Shown piece after piece: positions 26,824 through 36,485 of a DNA stretch of 64,000 nt (positions within the stretch are counted from its first letter, which is position 1; each line of letters opens with the position of its first letter). Source of the stretch: an uncultured Eubacteriales bacterium (GTDB taxonomy: Bacteria > Bacillota > Clostridia > Oscillospirales > UBA644); NCBI GenBank assembly GCA_934501435.1, contig CAKSTW010000005.1:134011-198010 (forward strand). The letters are read 5' to 3'. Under the pieces are notes generated by a model, which was not told the origin of the DNA, searched no databases, and was given only the letters and a program-made list of their open reading frames with translations. The position numbers were made by a program, and so were the translations under genes.

Positions 26824-29800
26824 ATGAAAACAAGAATTCGAAACAGATGGCTCGGCATGCTGCTGGCAGTTATCATGGCTGTCGGCATGATGCCTCTTTC
26901 CTCAATAGCGGTCAGTGCGGAAAGCGGCAGCGAAAATCCTGTCGGAGCCTCCCGCGCGGAAACACGGGTCGCCTCTTCGTCGGCGTATCCCGCGCTGACC
27001 AATTTGGTCGAGGGAACGGAGATAACCTACGGGTACGTCTATTTTTTCTATAAAAACGGCAAGGTGGAGCGCCGTTCGGTCTATATAGACCCGGAGGATT
27101 GCAGGTATAACTCTGGATTACGCGAAGGCTATAGGAGCGATACAAATCTTCAGCGGGTTGTGTCATACGATAACGGCATTCTTATGTATTGGACGCGTAG
27201 CGAGAATGATTTCCTGGATCTTTCGGGGCTTGAGGGAAGGTCTCTGACGCTGGTTCTGTTCGACGATCTGGATCTGTCTGCCCTGTATGCTCCCGGCGTC
27301 AATCTGAAACTGTTGCTGACCAACGGTGCCTATGTCACCTTCCGCCACAGCACCCGGTATAAGAACAAGACCGCCTACTGTCCCCAAAACGGTGTGACCG
27401 GCGCGGTCATCGATCTGGCGCGGTCGGAGGGAAGCTTGAACGGCTGCGGCACCTTTGAGCTGATTGGAAACGGAAAGCTCGGTATCTTCACGAAGAATTC
27501 CCCCAAGAAAACCAGCCCCGACTATGCCATCGTGGCGAAAAACACATCGGTTCTGGAGGATACCGCGCTGAGTATTACCTGCGGCAACAGCCACAGAGAT
27601 GTGAATTGCCTGATCCAGACGATCACATTCACCATCGACACCACCAAGAGTGTTAACCTTAATATCGCAAACCCCAAGTTTAACGCCGCCCCGTGGGGCT
27701 GCCATATGAATAACTTCAAGATCCTCAACGCGGAGGAGCTGAACGTCTACGCGAAGCGGGGAGCCGGCGGATTTATATTTTTCGGCAGCAACGGCGAATC
27801 CGACCCGGAGAAGATGTTTAAGAATTACAAGAGCATCGGCAAGATCGGCAGCGAATGGAATATATCCGGAAAAACCAACAAAGAAGGCCGCTATATTCTG
27901 ACTCTGGATCACGGCAACGATAAGCCGCGGATACGCTACAACCTCAACCTCAAGGAGGTGAAGAACGGCGATACCGTAAGGGATCTGGAGGCGGGTCTGG
28001 GCTATGAGATGTCTGCGGAGATTCTGTATATGCCCGAGTGGATGCAAAAGCTGAAGGATGCAGGAAGGATCAAATTCCATTTCTTCGGCCGCCTGTGCAA
28101 TCCGGGTGTGCAAGTGGGCTATGAAAACGCCTATTTGTATGACTTTTATGTGGACCGCATCGGAAAACACCATATAGAGTTCTACTGGGTCTGCAAGTCG
28201 GCGACCGATCCGGACGACGATGATTTCAGATTTGCGAATCTGCTGAAGGATTATGAACTCACAGATGCGGGAACCCTTTATTATGAGCGTCTCTACTTTG
28301 ATGTGCAGATGAACGATAAGGTCGGCGGTACACGCTACATATATAACGTAAAGCTTCAGCAGGCGGGGGGCGAATTTACCGAAGAAACCAGTGCCACCCA
28401 CAAGATTTCCATGCATCCGGAGACATTGGCAAAATGCTATCACATTCCGTGGGATGGTATCCCCTCCGAGTGGGATTATAGTTCCATAGATGATGCGTAT
28501 GTTATGGACTTTTATTTAAGAGCACGGCACGGATACGAATTCAGCGGGTCGTCTGTGTTGTCATCCCAAGGAATTAAGCTGAATGTGGAGAATACAAAGG
28601 TTTCAAACAAAAGACTTGTCAAAGGCAGCTCTGACCGACAGCTATCTATCAGCCTTGTGGCAAAGCGAAGGCTTACGGATGTGCGCGGCACGCTCAAAAA
28701 CTTCCGCTACGGTGCCAACTCCGTTTTTACGGAGCTCGTATCGAATGAGCCGAAAAAGTATACCTTCAAAGATATGGTGGTATACGATTCCGGCTTTGGC
28801 GAATACGGCGTGGAGGCAGGGTATATTGATGACCGAAGTTTGTATTATATCTACTTCAATTTAGAGCCCGGTTTTGGCTATTATCTCCCCGAGAACGCTT
28901 CGGTAAATGTGATACGGCCCGCGGGCTACGGCAGCGGAACAGAACACGATCCGTTGACATACAGCGCGCTCTATAAGGGCGATTGGTACGACTATTCGCC
29001 GATAATCCAGAAATACCGGACCAAGTACTCGATGGAGGCAACCAGCGAGATGAAGGTATACGGGACCGATATCCGCGTACAGGAGCCTAAGGTGGGGGAC
29101 CGCCCCGCTGTCTATGCCATCTATGATAAACCGACAAGCCTGCCGTATAATATGAAGGTGCTGTCGATGCAATGGCTGGGACCCGATAACGAACCAATGG
29201 GGTCATTTGACAGATTTGAGATCGGAAAATATTATACCCTTGATCTCCGTATCGGGTTTGAGGGCGGCGAAGAATTGGGTCATGTATACCCGAAAAATAA
29301 TAGAGATTTCAAGGTGAACGGTAAGAGCGTAAACGCATGGATGGATAATATGGACTTTACAGACGGGCATATCTGGCACGTGTATCACCCCTATAAGCTG
29401 GTTGATTCCAGTGCCAGCGGGACGCTCAGCGGCACGGTGAAAAGTTTTAATTCCACCACCGACCCGGTGACGGTGCGGCTGTTCAAGAGCGGCTCCTCTT
29501 CGGCAGCGTACAGCACTGCCGTAAAAGGGAATTCCGCCTCCTACACCATTTCCGGCGTTACTCCCGGCACCTACACCATGAAGGTTTCGAAGAAAAATCA
29601 TGTCACACGGGAGTATACGGTGAACGTGACCGCCGGCGCGAAGACCCAAAACGCACAGATTCATCTGCTCGGCGATATCAACGGCGACGGAAAGATATCT
29701 ACGGCAGACGTTCTTAAGGCTAACTTCCACGCAAAGAGGGTGAACCTTCTTACCGGATACGAATTCCTTTGCGCGGATATCAACGGCGACGGAAAGATAT

Positions 29801-29859
29801 CTACGGCGGACGTTAACAAAATAAATGCTCACGTCAAAAAAGTAAGCCTTCTTTGGTAA
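26824..29859 (+). CDS. Secreted dockerin-containing protein (large N-terminal region of unknown function plus CnaB-like domain plus type-I dockerin)
   Basis: Start at ATG 26824 (RBS aaggaggg). Signal peptide MKTRIRNRWLGMLLAVIMAVGMMPLSSIAVSA. The last about 100 aa (TYTMKVSKKNHVTREYTV...GDINGDGKISTADVLKANFHAKRVNLLTGYEFLCADINGDGKISTADVNKINAHVKKVSLLW) are near-identical to the C-terminus of the 21723 protein. Confidence 0.8.
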   Translation: MKTRIRNRWLGMLLAVIMAVGMMPLSSIAVSAESGSENPVGASRAETRVASSSAYPALTNLVEGTEITYGYVYFFYKNGKVERRSVYIDPEDCRYNSGLREGYRSDTNLQRVVSYDNGILMYWTRSENDFLDLSGLEGRSLTLVLFDDLDLSALYAPGVNLKLLLTNGAYVTFRHSTRYKNKTAYCPQNGVTGAVIDLARSEGSLNGCGTFELIGNGKLGIFTKNSPKKTSPDYAIVAKNTSVLEDTALSITCGNSHRDVNCLIQTITFTIDTTKSVNLNIANPKFNAAPWGCHMNNFKILNAEELNVYAKRGAGGFIFFGSNGESDPEKMFKNYKSIGKIGSEWNISGKTNKEGRYILTLDHGNDKPRIRYNLNLKEVKNGDTVRDLEAGLGYEMSAEILYMPEWMQKLKDAGRIKFHFFGRLCNPGVQVGYENAYLYDFYVDRIGKHHIEFYWVCKSATDPDDDDFRFANLLKDYELTDAGTLYYERLYFDVQMNDKVGGTRYIYNVKLQQAGGEFTEETSATHKISMHPETLAKCYHIPWDGIPSEWDYSSIDDAYVMDFYLRARHGYEFSGSSVLSSQGIKLNVENTKVSNKRLVKGSSDRQLSISLVAKRRLTDVRGTLKNFRYGANSVFTELVSNEPKKYTFKDMVVYDSGFGEYGVEAGYIDDRSLYYIYFNLEPGFGYYLPENASVNVIRPAGYGSGTEHDPLTYSALYKGDWYDYSPIIQKYRTKYSMEATSEMKVYGTDIRVQEPKVGDRPAVYAIYDKPTSLPYNMKVLSMQWLGPDNEPMGSFDRFEIGKYYTLDLRIGFEGGEELGHVYPKNNRDFKVNGKSVNAWMDNMDFTDGHIWHVYHPYKLVDSSASGTLSGTVKSFNSTTDPVTVRLFKSGSSSAAYSTAVKGNSASYTISGVTPGTYTMKVSKKNHVTREYTVNVTAGAKTQNAQIHLLGDINGDGKISTADVLKANFHAKRVNLLTGYEFLCADINGDGKISTADVNKINAHVKKVSLLW

Positions 29860-29950
29860 AAATTCTGTCTTAATGCCGAGACTTCCGCTCGGTGATCATA
29901 CGCGCGGATGCCGGAACCTGAAAAATAAATCGGAGATATATCTCCCCGTC
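29562..29950 (+). repeat. Shared 3' module, copy 2
   Basis: See copy 1. Perfect 14-bp palindrome ggagatatatctcc at about 29932-29945. Confidence 0.8.
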
Positions 29951-30063
29951 AATATCGCCTGAAAGTTGCCGATATATATACGGCAATTAAACTGCTGCGA
30001 CAGATATCAGTCATCTTAAGAGGGTATTGTTCGGAATAATTTTGAAAGAGGAGAGGATCGCGT

Positions 30064-30942
30064 ATGAAGAAAGTCTTTCGTCTGTTTTTTACGGCAATAT
30101 TACTTGTCTGCTTTTTATGCGGATGCGTGACTTTGCCCGAAGAAAATCCCGGAGGAAGCCGTCAGCCCGACGGCGGTTCCGTCAAAGCCCCGGATGATTC
30201 AAACGCGGAAGACAGCGTTTTGGCGGCTTTGCAGCAGAAGATCAATTATTACAGCAAAGGCGCAGGCGTCGCTTTCATCGGCTATGTGGAAAGCCAAAGC
30301 ACCGAGGCAGAACTTCGCGGTTATCTGGCTGCCGGCGAAACGGGAAAGGCATATCCGTTTATTCTGAACGCGCCGATGTTTCTGACCGAGGGACAGGAAC
30401 TGTATGCGATAGTTCCGCCCTGTGACAAAGGCATAATAAGCGTGTTTGCCTCCCGTATGACCGAGGACGGTCAATATGAGGACGATCGGTCTCACCCTTT
30501 ATACGAGGGTGAACCGGGCGAGACGGTTTTGCTGCGATGCAACCTCAGCGAGATATATTCCAACGTGCTGATCAGCGTCAGCGACGGCGGCGGCGCAATC
30601 CTTTACCGCCCGTCCGTCTCTCTGGAAGACGGTCGGCTGGCGAAAGATTTGTCGGTGTACGATTTCTCTGTATACGAAAAAATGCCTGACGAGAGTTCGG
30701 TTCAGATTGCAGCAGAGATCCTTTCGGAAGCGGCAGAGGTAAAAGCTGCCGTTGAACAGGGGATGAAAATTATGTATACCGGAGAGACGCAGATGATCGA
30801 AGGGCGAACCTGTCTGCTGTTTGTTCTCGGAACCGATAACGGAGAGCAGTTCGTCAGGGAACGTTATTACGGCGTATGCGATAATCTCATCTATGCCTAT
30901 GATGCCGTGAACGACAGCTGGGCCGTTTGCGGGGCGCAATAA
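30064..30942 (+). CDS. Lipoprotein of unknown function
   Basis: MKKVFRLFFTAILLVCFLCGCVTLPEE lipobox. RBS agaggagaggatcgcgtATG. Confidence 0.6.
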   Translation: MKKVFRLFFTAILLVCFLCGCVTLPEENPGGSRQPDGGSVKAPDDSNAEDSVLAALQQKINYYSKGAGVAFIGYVESQSTEAELRGYLAAGETGKAYPFILNAPMFLTEGQELYAIVPPCDKGIISVFASRMTEDGQYEDDRSHPLYEGEPGETVLLRCNLSEIYSNVLISVSDGGGAILYRPSVSLEDGRLAKDLSVYDFSVYEKMPDESSVQIAAEILSEAAEVKAAVEQGMKIMYTGETQMIEGRTCLLFVLGTDNGEQFVRERYYGVCDNLIYAYDAVNDSWAVCGAQ

Positions 30943-30959
30943 AACAGGAGGAGGAAAAA

Positions 30960-31238
30960 ATGTGCAATTCAAAACGAAGCGGCAGTTTTTTTCCTTGTCT
31001 CTTCATCAATATGCTTATGAATATCGGAGGGCTGCTGCCGGTTTTAATTTTATCGGTTTTGCATTTTTGGCTGAAAATATCGGTGTGGTGGCCGGTCGGC
31101 GCTTTTATCGCATGGATCATATATTTGATTATGTGGATGGCGTTTATCGGCTGGGCGGGCAGATGCGGCTCGGCGCGCGACTTACCGAAAAAAAATAAAA
31201 ATCCGTACTCCGTCGGGAGTGGGGAAAAGAACCCGTGA
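30960..31238 (+). CDS. Small two-TM membrane protein
   Basis: ATG 30960 with RBS aggaggagg. 92 aa with two hydrophobic helices (MCNSKRSGSFFPCLFINMLMNIGGLLPVLILSVLHFWLKISVWWPVGAFIAWIIYLIMWMAFIGW..). Confidence 0.5.
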   Translation: MCNSKRSGSFFPCLFINMLMNIGGLLPVLILSVLHFWLKISVWWPVGAFIAWIIYLIMWMAFIGWAGRCGSARDLPKKNKNPYSVGSGEKNP

Positions 31239-31297
31239 TCTGCCGGCTTCGGTCGGGAAATATATATCATTCTTACAATTGAAAAGGAGTAATTATT

Positions 31298-32704
31298 ATG
31301 GGACTTATCAAAGCAGGTATCGGTGCTTTGGGAGGCACTCTTGCCGATCAATGGAAGGAATTCTTCTACTGCGAGTCTATACCTAAAGAGGTTCTTGTCA
31401 CAAAGGGACAAAAACGCGTCAGCGGACGTTCCTCCAATACGAAAGGAAACGACAACATCATCTCCAACGGTTCCGGCATTGCCGTAGCCGACGGACAGTG
31501 CATGATTATCGTAGAGCAGGGAAAGGTAGTAGAGGTCTGCGCCGAACCCGGCGAATTTACATATGATACTTCAACCGAGCCTTCTATTTTTTCGGGAAGT
31601 TTGGGCGAAAGTATAAAGGAAACCTTTAAGACCATCGGCAAACGCTTCACCTACGGCGGAGACACCGGCAAGGATCAGCGTGTTTACTATTTCAACACCA
31701 AAGAACTTATCGACAACAAATTCGGTACGCCGAACCCCATTCCTTTCCGTGTTGTCGATTCTAAAATCGGACTGGATTTAGATGTTTCGGTGCGTTGCTC
31801 CGGCGTCTATTCCTATAAAATAGCAGACCCTCTCCTGTTTTACACCAACGTCTGCGGCAATGTGGAGCAGGAGTATTCCCGTGAGGAACTTGACAGCCAG
31901 CTGAAAACCGAATTTGTCAGCGCTTTGCAGCCTGCATTCGGAAGGCTTTCCGATTTGGAACTGCGTCCCAACCAGATCGTGACTCACAATACCGACCTTG
32001 AAAACGCCATGAACACGGCGCTCTCCGAAAAATGGGGAGAACTGCGCGGATTGAAAGTCGTCAGCATCGCGCTCGGCTCGGTCACTCTGCCGGACGAGGA
32101 TGCGGAGATGATAAAGCAGGCTCAGCGCGCGGCTATTATGCGGGATCCTACGATGGCGGCGGCAACACTGGTGGGCGCTCAGGCGGACGCCATGAAGGCG
32201 GCAGCTTCAAACGAAGCAGGTGCAATGACCGGATTTATGGGTATGGGCATGGCAATGAATGCCGGCGGCGGAATGAATACTCAAAACCTGTTTGCAATGG
32301 GGCAGCAGGCTCAACAGCAGGCTCAGCAGCAGGCAGCCGCGGCTCCTGCGGCGAACGGCTGGAAATGTTCCTGCGGAGCCACTGTCAGCGGCAATTTCTG
32401 CCCGAACTGCGGCGCGAAAAAACAGCCTGAGGCGGGTGCATGGAAATGTAACTGCGGAGCCATGGCTACGGGAAAATTCTGTCCTGAATGCGGTTCTCAG
32501 AAACCGGCGGATACAGATGGCTGGACCTGCTCCTGCGGTACGGTAAACAAGGGTAAATTCTGCCAGAGCTGCGGCGGTAAAAAACCGGAGGGAGCGCCTC
32601 TTTACCGTTGCGATAAATGCGGCTGGGAACCTGACGATCCTTCTAATCCGCCGAAGTTCTGTCCCGAATGCGGAGATATCTTTGACGATAATGACAAAAA
32701 ATGA
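31298..32704 (+). CDS. SPFH/Band-7 domain protein (YdjI / 'virion core protein'-like) with four C-terminal tandem zinc-ribbon modules
   Basis: N-terminus MGLIKAGIGALGGTLADQWKEFFYCE...GQKRVSGRSSNTKGNDNIISNGSGIAVADGQCMIIVEQGKVVEVCAEPGEFTYDT matches the SPFH-domain family annotated as YdjI-like in Firmicutes. C-terminus WKCSCGATVSGNFCPNCGAKK / WKCNCGAMATGKFCPECGSQK / WTCSCGTVNKGKFCQSCGGKK / YRCDKCGW..FCPECGDIF. Confidence 0.75.
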   Translation: MGLIKAGIGALGGTLADQWKEFFYCESIPKEVLVTKGQKRVSGRSSNTKGNDNIISNGSGIAVADGQCMIIVEQGKVVEVCAEPGEFTYDTSTEPSIFSGSLGESIKETFKTIGKRFTYGGDTGKDQRVYYFNTKELIDNKFGTPNPIPFRVVDSKIGLDLDVSVRCSGVYSYKIADPLLFYTNVCGNVEQEYSREELDSQLKTEFVSALQPAFGRLSDLELRPNQIVTHNTDLENAMNTALSEKWGELRGLKVVSIALGSVTLPDEDAEMIKQAQRAAIMRDPTMAAATLVGAQADAMKAAASNEAGAMTGFMGMGMAMNAGGGMNTQNLFAMGQQAQQQAQQQAAAAPAANGWKCSCGATVSGNFCPNCGAKKQPEAGAWKCNCGAMATGKFCPECGSQKPADTDGWTCSCGTVNKGKFCQSCGGKKPEGAPLYRCDKCGWEPDDPSNPPKFCPECGDIFDDNDKK

Positions 32705-32925
32705 AACGACCGATGAAAGTCGTTTCATAATCGGCTCTTCTTGCGGTTTTTCGGGCGGCACAGCCGTTGTCACATTCGTAAACCCGACCGCCGTTGGGAA
32801 GAATCTGAAGCGCGGCAGCTGTCGGGATATACCGAAGCGGCTTTGTCGCTTTAACCGCTGTCGGAATTATAACTCCGATTTACGGTCTCAGGCAGCGGAA
32901 TAAAGAATAAACGGAGGCTCATATC

Positions 32926-33792
32926 ATGGGATTGTTTGACAAAAAATACTGCGACATCTGCGGAGAAAAGATCGGACTGCTCGGAAACCGAAAATTGGAG
33001 GACGGTAATCTCTGTAAGGACTGCGCAAGAAAACTGTCGCCGTTTTTCAGCGAACGGCGGAAGTCGACCGTTGAGGACATCAGGCGTCAGCTTGCTTACC
33101 GTGCCGAAAACGAAAAGAAACTTGACGGCTTTTTTCCGTCGCTCACCTTTGACGGGAGCAAAAGAGTATATATCGATCCTTTGAGGGAACTGTTCGTCGT
33201 TACCGGGCTTTCCGACTGGCGCCGCGGCAACCCCGACCTCATTGCTTTTTCGCAGGTGTGCGGGGTGAAAACGGATATTAAAGAGAATAAGGAAGAAATC
33301 TATTACGAAGATAACGACGGAAAAAGGAAGAGTTATGTTCCTCCCCGTTATACGTGCGATTATGAGTTCGATGTAACGATCCGGGTGGATTCTCCGTGGT
33401 TTAACGAGATAGAGCTGGAACTGAGCGACGGAAACCGTCCCGACAGCCGCTATACCGATCTTTACCGCGAATATGAGCGAAAAATGCATGAACTTGAGGA
33501 TATTCTGATGCGCCGTGATGAGCGATATCGTGTTTGGGACGGCGACGGCATGATGAAACGGACGGAAAAAACGGACGAACGTCCGGAGACCCCCGTTTCC
33601 GTTTCCGGTGCGGCGGTCCGTGAAACATGGATATGCCCTTCCTGCGGCGCGCAGAGCAGCGGTAAATTCTGCTCGAACTGCGGCGCAGTAAGACCCGCAC
33701 AGCGTTCCTGCTGCTCAAATTGCGGATGGGGTCCCGCCGACGGACAGAGTATGCCGAAATTCTGCCCGGAGTGCGGAAGACCGCTTCAATAA
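32926..33792 (+). CDS. Zinc-ribbon protein (N-terminal CxxC..CxxC ribbon plus C-terminal double ribbon)
   Basis: MGLFDKKYCDICGEKIGLLGNRKLEDGNLCKDCARKL...; C-terminus CPSCGAQSSGKFCSNCGA...CSNCGWGPADGQSMPKFCPECGRPLQ. No TM segment. Confidence 0.6.
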   Translation: MGLFDKKYCDICGEKIGLLGNRKLEDGNLCKDCARKLSPFFSERRKSTVEDIRRQLAYRAENEKKLDGFFPSLTFDGSKRVYIDPLRELFVVTGLSDWRRGNPDLIAFSQVCGVKTDIKENKEEIYYEDNDGKRKSYVPPRYTCDYEFDVTIRVDSPWFNEIELELSDGNRPDSRYTDLYREYERKMHELEDILMRRDERYRVWDGDGMMKRTEKTDERPETPVSVSGAAVRETWICPSCGAQSSGKFCSNCGAVRPAQRSCCSNCGWGPADGQSMPKFCPECGRPLQ

Positions 33793-33796
33793 GACC

Positions 33797-34318
33797 GTGA
33801 AGAATATTCTGCGCAGGGTTATTACGGTCATGCTTTCTCTTTTTTCGGTTTTCGGACTTTTCGGCTGCGGCGGAAACATAAAATATACCGCCGATGATAT
33901 TGTTTTTATAAATACCGTTTATTACGGCACGGAAAAAAATCCCGTGTATTCCTTTTTCCTGAAAAAAGAAGATGGCTGGCTCTTCTCTGCAGACTGTCTT
34001 GTGGGAGATTCGAAGGAGCATTATACGTCGTTCGGCTCTTTCCCCGTAACGGAAGAGGATGCGGCGGCTTTTCTCCGGATTGTCAGTGAAGACGGCGAGA
34101 TAGAAAAACTTTATAACTACCGGAACCCGATACGTTTTTTTCACGCATCCGACGTGCCGGCACGCAGTACCGGAATCACTTTCTCTGACGGAAACACTTT
34201 AGAGAAGGAAACCATGCTCGGCGACAGGGCGCTTAACTTTCTCTACGCGCTTGCCGACAGGTATTACGAGGCGGCTGAAAACTCGGCAGACAATGCGGCA
34301 GATACGGCAAACGGCTGA
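33797..34318 (+). CDS. Lipoprotein of unknown function (GTG start 4 nt after the upstream stop)
   Basis: MKNILRRVITVMLSLFSVFGLFGCGG has n-region, h-region and lipobox. No obvious RBS, which suggests translational coupling. An alternative ATG start at 33829 is possible. Confidence 0.45.
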   Translation: MKNILRRVITVMLSLFSVFGLFGCGGNIKYTADDIVFINTVYYGTEKNPVYSFFLKKEDGWLFSADCLVGDSKEHYTSFGSFPVTEEDAAAFLRIVSEDGEIEKLYNYRNPIRFFHASDVPARSTGITFSDGNTLEKETMLGDRALNFLYALADRYYEAAENSADNAADTANG

Positions 34319-34537
34319 ACGGTTCTCTTTATTCAAAACCCGGAAACCGGGTACGGCAACTGTATATGCCGCAAAAATTACAGAAAAAAATTTAAGGCTT
34401 ATGCGCGGAGATCTTACGGATGCCGAAGAAAAACAGGCGCCCGGGACCCCGTATGCCGCAATCTGCGGAGACTTTCGGAAGGCAGAGACGGCGTGAAATA
34501 TTTAATCAGTGAAACTTTTTAGGAGAGGAGTTCTTTT

Positions 34538-35632
34538 ATGCAAACCTTACAGGAATATAAATGTCCCTGCTGCGGCGGCGCGATTGCTTTTGACAGCACG
34601 CTCCAGAAGATGAAGTGTCCGTATTGCGACACCGAATTTGATATGGAGACGCTGAAGGGCTATGACGCCGAACTGCAGAACGAGCAGCCGGACCGGATGG
34701 ACTGGGAGACCTCGGCGGGCGGCGATTGGCAGGAGGGAGAGACCGACGGTCTGCGCTCCTATGTGTGCAAGTCCTGCGGCGGCGAGATCGTCGGAGACGC
34801 CAACACGGCAGCCACCGCCTGTCCTTTCTGCGGCAACCCCGTAGTGATGATGGATCAGTTCTCCGGCGCTCTCAAACCGGACCTTGTGATCCCGTTCAAA
34901 CTTGACAAAAAAGCGGCAAAGGCAGGGCTGATGAAGCATCTGACCGGTAAGAAGCTGCTGCCCAAGATTTTCAAGGATCAGAACCACATTGACGAGATCA
35001 AGGGGATATATGTTCCTTTCTGGCTTTTCGATACCGATGTGGACGCGCAGATCCGTTATCGCGCCACCCGGGTGCGTACATGGAGCGACAGCGACTACAA
35101 TTATACGGAGACCAGCCATTTTATGGTGCATCGGGGCGGCAGTATCGGCTTTGAGCACGTTCCTGTGGACGGCTCCTCCAAAATGGCGGACGATCTGATG
35201 GAATCCATTGAGCCTTACAACTTTTCCGAGGCTCTTGATTTCCAGACGGCGTATCTTGCCGGGTATCTTGCGGATAAATACGATGTGACCGCCGAAGAGA
35301 GCATCGATCGTGCCAATGAGCGCGTCAAGCGTTCCACCGAGGAGTCCTTCGCCGGAACGGTGCATGGATACACTTCGGTCACGACGGAAAACAGCAGCGT
35401 CAGTTTTCGCGGCGGCAAGGCCCGGTATGCGCTGTATCCCGTGTGGCTGCTCAACACCACATGGAACGGAAACAAATACACCTTTGCCATGAACGGACAG
35501 ACCGGAAAATTTGTCGGAGATCTGCCGGTGGATAAAGCTGCGGCAACCCGCTGGACATTTCTGCTTGCGGCAATATACGGAGCCGCTGCCTACGGCGTGG
35601 CATGGCTTATGCAGTTTATCGGGTTATTTTAA
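34538..35632 (+). CDS. YdjG-like protein: N-terminal double zinc ribbon, large middle domain, C-terminal TM helix
   Basis: CPCCGGAIAFDSTLQKMKCPYCDTEF and CKSCGGEIVGDANTAATACPFCGNPVV. C-terminal hydrophobic AAATRWTFLLAAIYGAAAYGVAWLMQFIGLF. RBS ttaggagaggag. Confidence 0.6.
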   Translation: MQTLQEYKCPCCGGAIAFDSTLQKMKCPYCDTEFDMETLKGYDAELQNEQPDRMDWETSAGGDWQEGETDGLRSYVCKSCGGEIVGDANTAATACPFCGNPVVMMDQFSGALKPDLVIPFKLDKKAAKAGLMKHLTGKKLLPKIFKDQNHIDEIKGIYVPFWLFDTDVDAQIRYRATRVRTWSDSDYNYTETSHFMVHRGGSIGFEHVPVDGSSKMADDLMESIEPYNFSEALDFQTAYLAGYLADKYDVTAEESIDRANERVKRSTEESFAGTVHGYTSVTTENSSVSFRGGKARYALYPVWLLNTTWNGNKYTFAMNGQTGKFVGDLPVDKAAATRWTFLLAAIYGAAAYGVAWLMQFIGLF

Positions 35633-35644
35633 GGAGGGGACGGA

Positions 35645-36460
35645 ATGAAAAATAGAGTATTGGCACTTTTATTTTCGCTTGTTCTGTGTTTTTGTATGAC
35701 GGTTCCCGCCTTTGCCGCACAGACGGACGGTTTTGCAAGTGAATACGAGCGGGTTCAGGACTTGGCGGGGTTGCTTTCCGACAGTGAAGAAGCGGCTCTT
35801 CTGGCAAAGCTCAATGAACTCAGCGAACGTCAGAAAATGGATATAGTCGTGTTTACGACAAAGACTCTGGACGGAAAAACGCCGCGTGACTATGCCGACG
35901 ATATCTTCGATTACGGCGGTTTCGGCTACGGCGAAAACAGGGACGGCGCATTGCTTCTTATCAGCACCGAGGACAACGATTGGTACATATCCACCCACGG
36001 TTACGGCATTAAAGCCTTTACCGATGCGGGAATTCAATATATCGGCAAACAAATGAAAGAGTATCTGTCCGACGGCAATTTTTCAGCCGCCTTTGACAAA
36101 TTCGTCGGAGTTTGCGACGATTTTATCACGCAGGCAAGAACCGGTTCTCCTTATGATTCGTATAATCTGCCGAAAGAGCCGCTCTCGCTTATGTGGATCC
36201 CCGTCGCGATCATTATCGGCTTTATGTTATCCTTCATTACGGTGGGCAAAATGAAAGGCAAACTCAAAACCGTTCGTTTCAGACCCGAAGCGAACAGTTA
36301 TATGAAAGCAGACAGCATGAATATCACGGAAAGTCGGGATATGTTCCTTTACAACACCGTAACACGCACCGCAAAACCGAAAGACAATGATTCGGGAGGA
36401 AGCAGTACGCATACCTCTTCTTCAGGATCAACCCACGGAGGCGGCGGAGGTAAATTCTGA
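35645..36460 (+). CDS. TPM-domain protein (YgcG / YdjH-like) with a TM helix and a Gly/Ser-rich tail
   Basis: Signal peptide, then VQDLAGLLSDSEEAALLAKLNELSERQKMDIVVFTTKTL..RDGALLLISTEDNDWYISTHGYG (TPM phosphatase fold). TM LMWIPVAIIIGFMLSFITV. RBS aaggagggga. Confidence 0.75.
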   Translation: MKNRVLALLFSLVLCFCMTVPAFAAQTDGFASEYERVQDLAGLLSDSEEAALLAKLNELSERQKMDIVVFTTKTLDGKTPRDYADDIFDYGGFGYGENRDGALLLISTEDNDWYISTHGYGIKAFTDAGIQYIGKQMKEYLSDGNFSAAFDKFVGVCDDFITQARTGSPYDSYNLPKEPLSLMWIPVAIIIGFMLSFITVGKMKGKLKTVRFRPEANSYMKADSMNITESRDMFLYNTVTRTAKPKDNDSGGSSTHTSSSGSTHGGGGGKF

Positions 36461-36485
36461 TGTTCCGCCGGGAAAGGAGAAACTT

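Noticed and set aside
27163-28443. 426-aa minus-strand ORF
   Set aside because: Antisense shadow ORF inside the dockerin protein gene 26824-29859.
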